DNA of 64,000 nt from an uncultured Spirochaetales bacterium. GTDB taxonomy: Bacteria > Spirochaetota > Spirochaetia > CAZAKE01. Positions 47,514 through 57,185 of the stretch are shown here, in pieces (position 1 is the stretch's first letter; the number at the start of each line of letters is the position of its first letter). The notes beneath the pieces were generated by a model. The model ran no database searches. It was given only the letters and a program-made list of their open reading frames with translations, and was not told the DNA's origin. Both the position numbers and the translations under genes were made by a program. Location: positions 12,864 to 76,863 of the forward strand of contig CAZAKE010000003.1 in assembly GCA_964485495.1 (NCBI GenBank). The letters run 5' to 3'.

Positions 47514-48287
47514 ATGAAAATACTTCTTACAAATGACGATGGTTTCGGAAGTGCCGGTTTGAGGGCACTCCACAATGCGCTGGATACCCACGACGTGTGC
47601 GTGGTGGCCCCCGACGGAGAGCGGAGCGGCCTTTCCCACTCGATCACCCTCAGGAATCCGGTTCATTTTAGGAAGATGGGAGAGAATGCGTATGCTTGTG
47701 GAGGGTCACCGGCGGACTGCGTACTCTACTCACTCCTCGGCGCTGTGGATCTAAAGCCGGACCTGGTCATATCCGGGATCAATCACGGGCCTAATCTCGG
47801 CACCGACATCATCTACTCCGGCACCGCCGCGGCGGCACGACAGGCTGCTCTTATGGGATCTCCGGCCGTGGCGGTATCGGCGGTGGGAAACCCTCAAGAT
47901 GTCGAAGGATTGGCATTCGGTGCTGCGGCCGAATTCATCGCCAAGAACTTGGATCTTTTTCTGGAGTTATGGGACCGGCATCACTTCCTCAATGTGAATG
48001 TGCCGCAGCCGGCGAAATTGTCCGACTGGACCGTCGAAGTCACACGTCCCTCCATGCGCATCTATTCCGACAGCGTCCGTGAGTTCGGGTTGAATGAACG
48101 GGACAGGTACTTTCTCCTGCATGGTTCAACCGCGATTGCGAGGGAAGAAGCGGGAACCGATTGGGCCGCGGTAACCATGGGGCGGATCTCCGTCTCCCCG
48201 GTGTATTTGCATCCCGTGAACCATGCAGAAGTCGCGGCCTACAGGGAGGCCGAATTTGATCTTCCCGGGATGGGCGTTTCTGAGTAG
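47514..48287 (+). CDS. surE: 5'/3'-nucleotidase SurE
   Basis: MKILLTNDDGFGSAGLRAL...VVAPDGERSGLSHSITL is typical of SurE. RBS GGAGAA precedes the start. Confidence 0.9.
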   Translation: MKILLTNDDGFGSAGLRALHNALDTHDVCVVAPDGERSGLSHSITLRNPVHFRKMGENAYACGGSPADCVLYSLLGAVDLKPDLVISGINHGPNLGTDIIYSGTAAAARQAALMGSPAVAVSAVGNPQDVEGLAFGAAAEFIAKNLDLFLELWDRHHFLNVNVPQPAKLSDWTVEVTRPSMRIYSDSVREFGLNERDRYFLLHGSTAIAREEAGTDWAAVTMGRISVSPVYLHPVNHAEVAAYREAEFDLPGMGVSE

Positions 48288-48304
48288 AATGAACAAGGGT
48301 CCGT

Positions 48305-48994
48305 ATGGATAAGGATGAGAGACTGGACCGTGCCGTTCGATCGTACGAATCGAAGCGGTATCGGCAGGCGCTGCAGGATTTGATGTCTCTGGATGAGAAT
48401 CCCGCCGAAAATATCGAGATTGCCTACTATCTTGGTCTATGTCATGCCCAGCTCGGTGAATACGATGAGGCCTTGGTCTATCTGGAGCAGGTTGTCACGA
48501 CCCACACGGACATACTGCGGGTATATCAGGGCCGAATGCTGCTGGCGTACATCTACTGCATGACCAAACGATACAAGCTGGCCGAATTCGAACTAAAGCA
48601 GGTTCTCGCCTCGGGATTCGAATCGGCCCAGGTATATTCCGCATGTGCTTTTATTCAATACGAACAGGATATGGTTACCGAGAGTCTCGAATCTTTGAGA
48701 AATGCGTTGGAACTGGATCCCGGGAACGCCAATGCACATAACTCCCTCGGTTTCATACTGGCGGACGAAGAGCTGGAATTGGAAAATGCCGTCAGGCACT
48801 GCAAGGTCGCGGTGAAATCCCGTCCCGAATATCCCGCATATCTCGATTCACTCGGCTGGGCTTGCTACAAGCTGGGTAGATACGAGGAGGCCAGAGAATA
48901 CCTCCGGAAAGCCTACTCTCTCAGTAAAGGAAATCGAGAGATCACCGAGCATCTCAGGATAGTACTCGATATAATGCATACGGATGAAGGCTGA
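48305..48994 (+). CDS. TPR repeat protein
   Basis: Several 34-residue TPR-like units (AYYLGLCHAQLGEYDEALVYLEQVV, AHNSLGFILADEE, YLDSLGWACYKLGRYEEAREYLRKA). Confidence 0.7.
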   Translation: MDKDERLDRAVRSYESKRYRQALQDLMSLDENPAENIEIAYYLGLCHAQLGEYDEALVYLEQVVTTHTDILRVYQGRMLLAYIYCMTKRYKLAEFELKQVLASGFESAQVYSACAFIQYEQDMVTESLESLRNALELDPGNANAHNSLGFILADEELELENAVRHCKVAVKSRPEYPAYLDSLGWACYKLGRYEEAREYLRKAYSLSKGNREITEHLRIVLDIMHTDEG

Positions 48995-49181
48995 CCGTTT
49001 ATCTGTTTTCCCCTCCGTCCGGACCGATCCTATGCCTCCTATGTGTATAAAACAGGTGAAAACGATATGGGAAGTACTATGGGAAATACAAGTATCATAA
49101 AATAATGAGAAGAGAAGAGATAGAGAAAAGAAAAGTGTAAAAAACTGAAATTGTCTGTCGATTATATAGGTAAAGGCGGAT

Positions 49182-49361
49182 ATGCGTATGATGGTTCCTA
49201 CAATCGACGGAAACACGCTCAACCTGGCTCAGCCTCGGTCAACCCGGATCAAAGATATTCCCCTGATCGAGCCGAAAGATATCAAGGCGATCTTGTACCT
49301 TGGTCTACGTGGTGAGGTATCGCTGCCTCTCGAAGAACATTCGGTAGATATTCACGCCTGA
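49182..49361 (+). CDS. possible small ORF (59 aa) in the AT-rich intergenic region
   Basis: ATG at 49182 preceded by AAAGG. Protein MRMMVPTIDGNTLNLAQPRSTRIKDIPLIEPKDIKAILYLGLRGEVSLPLEEHSVDIHA. It is below the ORF-track cutoff and has no recognisable family. Confidence 0.2.
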   Translation: MRMMVPTIDGNTLNLAQPRSTRIKDIPLIEPKDIKAILYLGLRGEVSLPLEEHSVDIHA

Positions 49362-49381
49362 ATCGTTGTATACTCCCCATC

Positions 49382-51430
49382 GTGATTCGAAGATATCATC
49401 TAATCTTTTTCTGTATCCTCTCACTCTTTGTTGCATTCCTGCCTGATGACTCGTTACGTTCTCAGAACATCGACATGGATGCGGTCAGTGCCGCCGAGGA
49501 GCTGCGGTGGGGAGTCGTCGCCTTCCACCGGGGACACTACAATAATGCGATCCTCTCCTTTGAGAAGTCCCTTTCGTATAAGCCGGAAAACCCCCTCGTC
49601 CGTGTGTGGCTAGGCCGTGCATACTACAAGTCGGGGCTGGAAGAGACGGCACTCAGCATCTGGGGCGAGGTGGCCGCGTCGGGGGAGGGATCCCCACTGC
49701 TCGATTTTATTATTGAAACGATCGAGGCCCGACGAGGCATCGATCGGGAGTTACAGGTTCTCGACCAGTTCGTCGAGCTTTACTCCGTTGCGGGACGGAG
49801 GGCCCAGTATGATCTTTTCCTGAGACCTACATCGGTAAATCCTTTCGGTATCGGCGGATTCATCGTGTGTGCCTACGGATCGAACGAGGTACTCGCGTTC
49901 AATGCCAACGGCGCCAGGACTCGGACGATCCAGGGCAGCTTCGAAGGACTGGATCACCCGTTCGATCTGGTAACCGCCCCGAACGGATATCTGTATATTA
50001 CCGAATTCAACGGTGACAGGATCACCAGATGTCGCCCCGACGGAACCGACATCTTCACCTTCGGAGAGAGAGGACTCGGTCCGGGACAACTCCTGGGGCC
50101 TCAGTATATCGACGTCGACACGTACGGGTATCTATACGTCTCCGATCTCGGGAACCGGCGGATAAGCAAGTTCGACGAGGATGGCGAATTCGTGCACGCC
50201 TTCGGAGGCGGAACCGACGGGTATGAAGGTCTGCTCTCACCGTCCGGCGTGACGATCCGTGGGGAGACGCTGGTGGTGGCGGACCAGATACGCGGAGACC
50301 TCTCTGTGTTCGACCTTAACGGCAACTTCCTGGGAGTCATGGCAGGTGGGCTCCTCTCCGCACCGGAGGGAATCGTAACCTTGCACGATGATACCCTCCT
50401 GATTGCCGATTCATCTCGCGTCGTAACCTATGATCCGGAGACCGAGAGGCTTACCGTCCTTGCGGATTTTTCAGGTACGAATAGTCGTGTCACGAAAGCG
50501 GCGGTAGACCTGAACGGGAATATTCTAGTTTCCGATCTCGAGGGGCAAAGGATCATCATGTTGGCCCCCCGGACCAGCATGTATACGGGATTTTTCGTAA
50601 GAATCGATCGTGTCATATCGGATGAGTTTCCACTCGTGACCGTCGACGTGTCGGTTCAGGATCGGTACGGGGAGCCGTATGTGGGGCTCAGCGGCAATAA
50701 CTTCTTCGTGACCGAGAACCGGGGGTCCGTGGAGCAACCGGAATTTCTCTTTACCGGAGATACCGCCGAAGGTTCCGACATCGCTCTCCTGATCGAACGT
50801 TCAGACGAAACCGAAGCCCTCCAGGATGAATTACAATACGCGGCAGAGGAGGTGTACCGGGCCCACGCGGGTCGCGGATCAATTTTCGTGGTCACCGCCG
50901 GTACCGAAGCCGTGGTAGAGACCGGGAAAACGCCGGCTCTTGGTACGGTTCGGAATGCGGTAACCGAGACCGGCGCGTACGGGCCGCAGTGGCGTTTCGA
51001 TCTCGGGCTCCGTATGGCGACGACGGAACTCCTCCAGAACAGGGAATTCCCGTCTATCGTGATGCTCTCGAGTGGCGAGATGCCGGCCGATGCCTTCAGC
51101 ACGTATCGACTGGTCGAACTTGCCCAATATCTCCGGAACAACGGGATCGGATTCTACTGTGTCTATCTGCAGGATGGTGTGATGACGCCCGAGTACGAAT
51201 ACCTGTGTGAGGAAACCGGCGGGAGGAGTTACTATCTCTACAGACCGGAAGGGATCGCGGGAATCGTGCGAGATATTCGCTCGAGGAAGATGGGGACATA
51301 TGTTCTTCAATATACCTCGCGGCAGGACTCGGATTTCGGCAACGCATATCTTCCCGTCGAAGTCGAGGTCTTCCTCTTCAACAAGAGCGGCCGTGATGAA
51401 TCCGGGTACTATGCGCCTCTCGACTTCTAA
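49382..51430 (+). CDS. secreted TPR + NHL-repeat (six-bladed beta-propeller) protein with a C-terminal VWA-like region
   Basis: Signal peptide or TM anchor MIRRYHLIFFCILSLFVAFL. TPR units near the N-terminus. NHL-like repeats (YLYITEFNGDRITRCRPDGT, YLYVSDLGNRRISKFDEDGEF, LVVADQIRGDLSVFDLNGNF, ILVSDLEGQRIIML). Confidence 0.65.
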   Translation: MIRRYHLIFFCILSLFVAFLPDDSLRSQNIDMDAVSAAEELRWGVVAFHRGHYNNAILSFEKSLSYKPENPLVRVWLGRAYYKSGLEETALSIWGEVAASGEGSPLLDFIIETIEARRGIDRELQVLDQFVELYSVAGRRAQYDLFLRPTSVNPFGIGGFIVCAYGSNEVLAFNANGARTRTIQGSFEGLDHPFDLVTAPNGYLYITEFNGDRITRCRPDGTDIFTFGERGLGPGQLLGPQYIDVDTYGYLYVSDLGNRRISKFDEDGEFVHAFGGGTDGYEGLLSPSGVTIRGETLVVADQIRGDLSVFDLNGNFLGVMAGGLLSAPEGIVTLHDDTLLIADSSRVVTYDPETERLTVLADFSGTNSRVTKAAVDLNGNILVSDLEGQRIIMLAPRTSMYTGFFVRIDRVISDEFPLVTVDVSVQDRYGEPYVGLSGNNFFVTENRGSVEQPEFLFTGDTAEGSDIALLIERSDETEALQDELQYAAEEVYRAHAGRGSIFVVTAGTEAVVETGKTPALGTVRNAVTETGAYGPQWRFDLGLRMATTELLQNREFPSIVMLSSGEMPADAFSTYRLVELAQYLRNNGIGFYCVYLQDGVMTPEYEYLCEETGGRSYYLYRPEGIAGIVRDIRSRKMGTYVLQYTSRQDSDFGNAYLPVEVEVFLFNKSGRDESGYYAPLDF

Positions 51431-51461
51431 TCGGTAGACGGAACACGGGGAGTTCGGAATC

Positions 51462-51815
51462 GTGCTGATTGGTTCAAAGATGCGATCTCTCTTCTCAATA
51501 ATCAGGACGGCACGCCGTAATCGCAGACGTACGTGGGAATCTTACTGCCACCATTGCGGCCGATGCTGTTACGAGAAAGATATCATCAATGGGCGGGTCA
51601 TTGTTCGGCATGACGCACCTTGTGAATATCTCGATACGAACAGCCGTCTCTGCCGGGTGTACGAGAACCGATTCAGTGTGTGCCCGGAATGCCGGAAGAT
51701 GACCATATTCCACGCCCTTTTCGTCCGATATCTGCCGGAGGAGTGCGGGTACGTCCGACACTTCCGGTTTTGGCGGCGCTTTCGACCTGTGAATGAATCC
51801 GGATCCGATTCCTGA
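51462..51815 (+). CDS. YkgJ-family zinc/iron-chelating domain protein (CxxCxxCC)
   Basis: CHHCGRCCYEKDI...C...CRVYENRFSVCPEC Cys cluster. GTG start 9 nt after GGGGAG. Confidence 0.6.
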   Translation: MLIGSKMRSLFSIIRTARRNRRRTWESYCHHCGRCCYEKDIINGRVIVRHDAPCEYLDTNSRLCRVYENRFSVCPECRKMTIFHALFVRYLPEECGYVRHFRFWRRFRPVNESGSDS

Positions 51816-52026
51816 CTCGGTGCCAGTCTCGACTTGTAGGGGGCTAATCGGAGAGGGTTAGTCGGGCCATAGCGCATACCGTTGTTCCCAGACAATTCGT
51901 AATTTCTCCTGAAGCGGCACGACGATTCGCCCCTAACCTTCAGTAAGGGCCATTGAAATAAAACTCGATGAACCGCGCCGAGAGAGGCGTACGTTCACGA
52001 TTCGGCCCGAAATGGAGGAACATGGT

Positions 52027-54144
52027 ATGATGACAAGATGGAGTGTGGCTCTCGCTGTATTGGTGCTCTACACGTGTATGGGGTGCTCCCATGGGACGGT
52101 GGAGCGGGCTGAATGCCGGATCACATATGGCTTACACGGAGAGGGAGAACGAACCCTGATGCCTGATGTGGACCTCGAGAATGCGTCGGTGACGGTGGAA
52201 GGCGTCGGACCGGGTGGTGAGATATTTTCTGAGATTGGCGTGGACGGCGGTTGTGTGGTCTCCGAGCTGGCTCCCGGTGCGTGGAGTGTGACCGCGACCC
52301 TCCGGTCGGCTGAAACCGTCCTGGCCCAAGGTACCGCGACTGTGATGCTGCTCGCGGGGAGGAGCACCGACTGCTCGGTGACTCTCGGTCCCGTCGAGGG
52401 TGCCGGTGTCTTGGCTATCGCTCTCTCCTGGGATGCCCCGGCGTCGCCGCAAATTTCGGCGGAACTCACGCCGATGGAGGGCGATCCGCAGTCTGTGGAG
52501 TTCGTCGTGGATGAGTATTCCGCCTCGTATATGAACGAGTCCCTGGCAACCGGGTATTACCTTCTCACGGTAACTGCATCGCAGAATGAGACGATTCTCG
52601 GGGGGATCGCGGAATCGGTGTGTGTATTGGACGGACTCACCGTGTCCGGATCGTATGATCTGCCGTTATCCGAATCCCTAGGCCCTACATCGCTGGGAAT
52701 TTCGCTGGTCCTGCCGAACTTGCAGTCGTTGGATCCGTCCGATATGCTTCTGCCTGCATTTGTTTTTCGTGGTGTGACGGCGGTATTCACCGGGCCTGCG
52801 CCCGAAACCGTCGCCTCTGGGGACACTATTCTTCCTGAGGGTGTAGGGTATGAGTGGTATGCCAACGGGATTTCCATCGGATCGGGCAGGACCATTCAGG
52901 TCGACACCGGTGACCTCGCGCCTTGGAACCGGATCGACCTGGTCTGCGGTACCGTCGAAAGGCAGGGTTCCGCGGCCGCAACGCTTCGAGTGGTTGATCC
53001 GGTTCCGATAGGAGCATGGTCCTATTTCTGCAGTCTGTTCGACGGCGTCGGAGAGATCGACGGATTATCCGGGAGTCGGGCTGTGTGTACGCTCCCGGCG
53101 GGTGAATCGTTCACAGGGGGGATCATCAGCGCCGGATACGATGAGGATGCCATCGGACTCTGGCGATGGGAACAAAACCTTCTCACTCCGGTCCGGATCC
53201 TCAAGCGTGCCGATATCGGCGGAATGGGTGGACCCGCAGATGTGGCGGTCTCACCGGACGGTCTGGTCGTGGCGGTGGCCGCCAGGAAGACCGACTCAGT
53301 GGGTTTCTTATCGATCGGGTATGATGAGGCGGAGCCCGCGGACCTGGAGTTTCACTCGATCATCGAAGACGGTGTGCAGTATGACGGCCTCGTCGGAGTG
53401 GAGAGTGTCTCATTTTCCCCAGACGGTGCATTCCTCTATGCCGCCGCCGGAGGAAGTAATACGATCAGTGTATTCCGTTTCGACGGCCTGAACGATGACG
53501 ACATGCCTCCGGAACGTGTACAGCTCCTCCAGGCGACGGACGTGACTGTCGACAGTACACTCTTGGACGAACCGATCCGGTTGGCGGTGACCGGAGACAG
53601 GCTCTTCTGTACCGCCTGGTCTGGAGACGCTGTCATCGTATTCGAGCGTGATGCCGTAACAGGTCTGATTCACTACGCCCAACACTTTCGAGACGGAACG
53701 GACCCGGTACAAACTCTCAATGCTCCCTCCGGAATCGGGGTCACTCCCGACGGTGAATCGGTCTATGTGGCATCGTATTACGATAACGCGGTGACTCACT
53801 TCTCCCGAGGATCGGATGGCGTGTACGCATACAGCGGATATTACCGGGATGGAGAGGAGGGAGTCGAAGGTCTTCGGTACTGCCGAGATGTGTGTATTTC
53901 ACCGGACGGATCGATGGTCGCCACTGCGGGGGCCGGCGATGATGCCGTTGCGCTGTTCGGTCGAGACGTCGCGACAGGGACTCTCTCCTACTCTGGATCG
54001 TGGTCGAACGCAGACCCGGGAGTCACCGGACTGGACGGGTGCAGGGCGCTACGGTTCACCCCTACCGGCGATGCGTTGGTTGCCGGGTCTTCCAATGATA
54101 ATGCACTTTCGATCTTCACGGTCTGGCAGGTCTCTGAGGACTGA
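52027..54144 (+). CDS. probable lipoprotein with Ig-like N-terminal region and a C-terminal lactonase-like 7-bladed beta-propeller
   Basis: Start at the ATG 6 nt after GGAGGAA. Signal MMTRWSVALAVLVLYTCMGCS has Cys residues at a lipobox-like position. Repeated SPDG...Y(A/V)A...(N/D)x(I/V)(S/A)(V/L)F blade motifs (VSPDGLVVAVAARKTDSVGFL, SFSPDGAFLYAAAGGSNTISVF, GVTPDGESVYVASYYDNAVTHF, CISPDGSMVATAGAGDDAVALF). Confidence 0.6.
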   Translation: MMTRWSVALAVLVLYTCMGCSHGTVERAECRITYGLHGEGERTLMPDVDLENASVTVEGVGPGGEIFSEIGVDGGCVVSELAPGAWSVTATLRSAETVLAQGTATVMLLAGRSTDCSVTLGPVEGAGVLAIALSWDAPASPQISAELTPMEGDPQSVEFVVDEYSASYMNESLATGYYLLTVTASQNETILGGIAESVCVLDGLTVSGSYDLPLSESLGPTSLGISLVLPNLQSLDPSDMLLPAFVFRGVTAVFTGPAPETVASGDTILPEGVGYEWYANGISIGSGRTIQVDTGDLAPWNRIDLVCGTVERQGSAAATLRVVDPVPIGAWSYFCSLFDGVGEIDGLSGSRAVCTLPAGESFTGGIISAGYDEDAIGLWRWEQNLLTPVRILKRADIGGMGGPADVAVSPDGLVVAVAARKTDSVGFLSIGYDEAEPADLEFHSIIEDGVQYDGLVGVESVSFSPDGAFLYAAAGGSNTISVFRFDGLNDDDMPPERVQLLQATDVTVDSTLLDEPIRLAVTGDRLFCTAWSGDAVIVFERDAVTGLIHYAQHFRDGTDPVQTLNAPSGIGVTPDGESVYVASYYDNAVTHFSRGSDGVYAYSGYYRDGEEGVEGLRYCRDVCISPDGSMVATAGAGDDAVALFGRDVATGTLSYSGSWSNADPGVTGLDGCRALRFTPTGDALVAGSSNDNALSIFTVWQVSED

Positions 54145-54180
54145 TGTGACCATCGATCAGGAAACCGATTTTACGACGAC

Positions 54181-54209
54181 TTGACTCCGTGACGTGAGTT
54201 TAGTATAAT
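54181..54209 (+). promoter_or_regulatory. near-consensus sigma70 promoter for nadA
   Basis: TTGACT (54181-54186), exactly 17 nt of spacer, TATAAT (54204-54209). About 38 nt downstream are RBS AAAGGAG and the TTG start at 54247. Confidence 0.6.
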
Positions 54210-54246
54210 CCATACAAGATTGGTAGGGATTAAAGGAGATTGCGAT

Positions 54247-55164
54247 TTGCCGACCAAGGCGACTATACACGATGAGATTCGTAAGAAAAAGCTTGAACTC
54301 GGTGCTGTAATTCTGTCTCACAGTTACCAGCCCGGAGAGATACAGGAGCTCGGGGACTTCATCGGAGATTCCCTCGGTTTATGTGTCGAGGCCGCCGAGA
54401 CCGATGCTAGGGTGATCGTATTCTGCGGAGTTCGATTCATGGCCGAGAGCGCGAAACTGCTCAATCCCGACAAGACCGTGCTGCTGCCGGTACCCGACGC
54501 GGGGTGCCCGATGGCCGATATGGCGACACCGGAGGCTGTCAGGACACTCAGGGAGCAACATCCTGATGCGGTGGTCGTGACCTATGTGAACTCTGGTGCC
54601 GAGGTGAAGGCCGAGAGCGATATCTGCTGCACCTCATCAAACGCGGTTCGGGTGGTCGAATCAATTCCACGGGAAAAGCCGATCATCTTCGTTCCCGATC
54701 GGAACCTGGGACAATGGGTGGCCGAACAAGCCGGAAGAGAGCTGATTCTGTGGGAGGGATTTTGCCCCGTTCACGCCAGATTCACGGCGGAGGATGTTCG
54801 TTCGGCCAGAGCCACCTATCCTGACGCCCAAGTCCTCGTACATCCGGAGTGTGACCCGACTGTCACCGAGATGGCTGACTATGTCGGCAGTACCGAGGGC
54901 ATGTTCCAGTATTGCAGGAAGACGGAGCCTGGCGGTGTATTCGTAATCGGTACGGAGATCGGACTAATCGAAAGGCTCGAACGCGAAGTTCCCGGGCATC
55001 GGTATATTCCACTCTCGGGCAGGGGATTGTGTGTGAATATGAAGAAGATCCGCCCGGAGGATGTACTCACGTCGATGGAACGAATGCAACGCAGGATAGA
55101 GCTCGATCCCGACACGGCGAAGAGGGCCATGGTTCCTCTTCGAAGGATGATGGATCTCCGATGA
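54247..55164 (+). CDS. nadA: quinolinate synthase NadA
   Basis: AVILSHSYQPGEIQELGDFIGDSLGL...VFCGVRFMAESAKL...CCTSSNAV...HPECDP and the three conserved Cys ligands. The start is moved to the TTG 7 nt after AAAGGAG. Confidence 0.9.
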   Translation: MPTKATIHDEIRKKKLELGAVILSHSYQPGEIQELGDFIGDSLGLCVEAAETDARVIVFCGVRFMAESAKLLNPDKTVLLPVPDAGCPMADMATPEAVRTLREQHPDAVVVTYVNSGAEVKAESDICCTSSNAVRVVESIPREKPIIFVPDRNLGQWVAEQAGRELILWEGFCPVHARFTAEDVRSARATYPDAQVLVHPECDPTVTEMADYVGSTEGMFQYCRKTEPGGVFVIGTEIGLIERLEREVPGHRYIPLSGRGLCVNMKKIRPEDVLTSMERMQRRIELDPDTAKRAMVPLRRMMDLR

Positions 55165-55263
55165 AAGTTGGAATATCGGATCGCAACGATTCTGTGCTAA
55201 TACTGTGGTGATTCGGTGTTAAACAAACAGGCGGGAGAAGTAGATGAAAGGGAGGGAAGTGAG

Positions 55264-56469
55264 ATGAGCAGAGAAGATGTTTACATGGATTACAACGCCA
55301 CCACTCCCCTACATCCGGCAGTTACCCGAGCCCTAATCGAGTCGTTTTCGATGTACGGGAATGCTTCGAGTATGCACACTCCCGGGAGAGAGGCCCGGGC
55401 CAAGATAGAGGAGAGTCGGGAGGCGGTCGCGGCATTCATCGGCGCCGGTCCCGAGGAGATCATCTTCACGGGCGGCGGTTCGGAATCGAACAATACGGTC
55501 CTGAAGCTCATGACCTGCACCGATTCCGATTGCAGGCGGTGTCCCGCTACCCGACGCGAGATCATCACGAGTGCTATCGAGCATCCGAGCGTGTTGAATA
55601 CGATCCGGATTTTGCGGGGCAGGGGAATTACGTGTCATATAATCGGCGTGGATGAGACCGGCAAGATCGATCTGCGGGAGTTTGAAGAGAAAATTTCGGA
55701 TAAGACCGGCCTCGTCTCGATCATGATGGCGAACAACGAGATCGGAACCATTCAGGATATTAAGGCCATCAGCCGGATAGCCCGCGAGCACGGAACCCTG
55801 GTGCACACGGATGCCGTACAGGCGCTGGGGAAAGTACCGGTAGACGCACGGGAGTTAGACGTCGATTTCATGAGCTTTTCGGGACATAAACTGTACGGAC
55901 CCAAGGGGATCGGCGGATTATACACGCGCAGGGGTTCTCCCTATTGCACCCTCATCCATGGCGGTCACCAAGAAGACGGTCGTCGGGCCGGTACGCTGAA
56001 TACCACCGGAATAATCGGCCTCGGCGCGGCGGTTGAGGCCGCGGCGGATTTCGAGGCTGAAGCGAAGCGAGAGGCGGAGCTGCGGGATATGCTGTTGTGC
56101 GGAATCGAGGCTTCGATTCCCGATATCAGCGTGAACGGTCATCCCACCGATACGTTACCCGGGACCCTGAATGTCTCATTCGCAGGGGCGGAAGGTGAGG
56201 CGATTCTCCTCTATCTGGATATGGAGGGCATCTATGTCTCTACCGGCTCTGCGTGTGCATCCGGCTCGCTGGACCCATCCCACGTGCTTCTCGCCACCGG
56301 CATGGATGCGGAACTGGCACATGGTTCCATTCGGTTCAGCCTGGGCCGGGAGAATACACAAGAGGATGTAGCGTATGTTCTTGAGAAGCTTCCCGAGGTG
56401 ATTCAGCGAATCCGCTCCATGTCGACGGTGTATGCGGACAGCAAGCGGAAGGCCGGAACGATATCGTGA
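55264..56469 (+). CDS. nifS: cysteine desulfurase (NifS/IscS family)
   Basis: YMDYNATTPLHPAV..., PLP-lysine region FMSFSGHKLYGPKGIG, active-site Cys in STGSACASGS. RBS AGGGAGG precedes the start. The gene is followed by a NifU-type scaffold gene. Confidence 0.88.
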   Translation: MSREDVYMDYNATTPLHPAVTRALIESFSMYGNASSMHTPGREARAKIEESREAVAAFIGAGPEEIIFTGGGSESNNTVLKLMTCTDSDCRRCPATRREIITSAIEHPSVLNTIRILRGRGITCHIIGVDETGKIDLREFEEKISDKTGLVSIMMANNEIGTIQDIKAISRIAREHGTLVHTDAVQALGKVPVDARELDVDFMSFSGHKLYGPKGIGGLYTRRGSPYCTLIHGGHQEDGRRAGTLNTTGIIGLGAAVEAAADFEAEAKREAELRDMLLCGIEASIPDISVNGHPTDTLPGTLNVSFAGAEGEAILLYLDMEGIYVSTGSACASGSLDPSHVLLATGMDAELAHGSIRFSLGRENTQEDVAYVLEKLPEVIQRIRSMSTVYADSKRKAGTIS

Positions 56470-56504
56470 TACTGCGTTTCGGCCGGTTTTCATAGGAGGA
56501 TACG

Positions 56505-57110
56505 ATGAACTCGGCATTCAACTGGCTGTACTCTGAGAAAGTCAAGGACCACTTCATGAATCCGAAGAATGTCCTGGAGGATGAGGACTCCTACGAAGCC
56601 GACGGCAAGGGTATTGTCGGGAATATCAAGTGCGGTGACCAGATGATGATGCTGATCAAGGTAAAGGACGACCGGATCAGCGATTGCAAATGGAAGACGT
56701 ATGGCTGCGCGAGTGCGATCGCGAGCACCTCGGCATTGTCCGAGAAGATCAAGGGAATGACTCTCGACGAGGCGTACCGAATTCGACCCAAAGATATCGT
56801 CGAAGACCTGGGAGGACTACCGGAACAGAAGTTCCACTGCTCGGTACTCGGCGACAAGGCGCTCAGAGATGCCATCGACGATTTTTACCGGAAGACGGGG
56901 CAGGAGGAGAAGATCCAGGAGGAAGAGGCGACCATCATCTGTCAGTGCATGAATGTGACCGACAAAGAGATCGAACAACAGGTGAAGGACGGTGCTTCGA
57001 CGTACGAGGAGCTGCAGCAGAAAACCAAGCTGGGTACGGTTTGCGGCCAGTGCAAAGACAAGGCGGAAGAACTGCTCCATCAATATGTCCATCTCTATGG
57101 CGACGGATAA
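56505..57110 (+). CDS. nifU: NifU-like Fe-S cluster scaffold protein (IscU-like N-domain plus BFD-like [2Fe-2S] domain)
   Basis: N-terminal NifU/IscU domain with conserved Cys (GNIKCGDQMMM..., KTYGCASAIASTS) and a central/C-terminal CxC...CxxC pattern (IICQCMNVTDKEI...VCGQCKD). Confidence 0.85.
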   Translation: MNSAFNWLYSEKVKDHFMNPKNVLEDEDSYEADGKGIVGNIKCGDQMMMLIKVKDDRISDCKWKTYGCASAIASTSALSEKIKGMTLDEAYRIRPKDIVEDLGGLPEQKFHCSVLGDKALRDAIDDFYRKTGQEEKIQEEEATIICQCMNVTDKEIEQQVKDGASTYEELQQKTKLGTVCGQCKDKAEELLHQYVHLYGDG

Positions 57111-57185
57111 TCATTGACGGGTGAAGGCCCGCTTCAGATAAGCGGCGGTTCGAGCTTCCGGTATTCTATAAAAGTATAATGACTA

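Noticed and set aside
57111-57185. Hairpin CCGCTT-cagat-AAGCGG between convergent nifU and peptidase genes as a bidirectional terminator
   Set aside because: It has only a 6-bp stem with no flanking T/A runs on either side, which is too weak to call.
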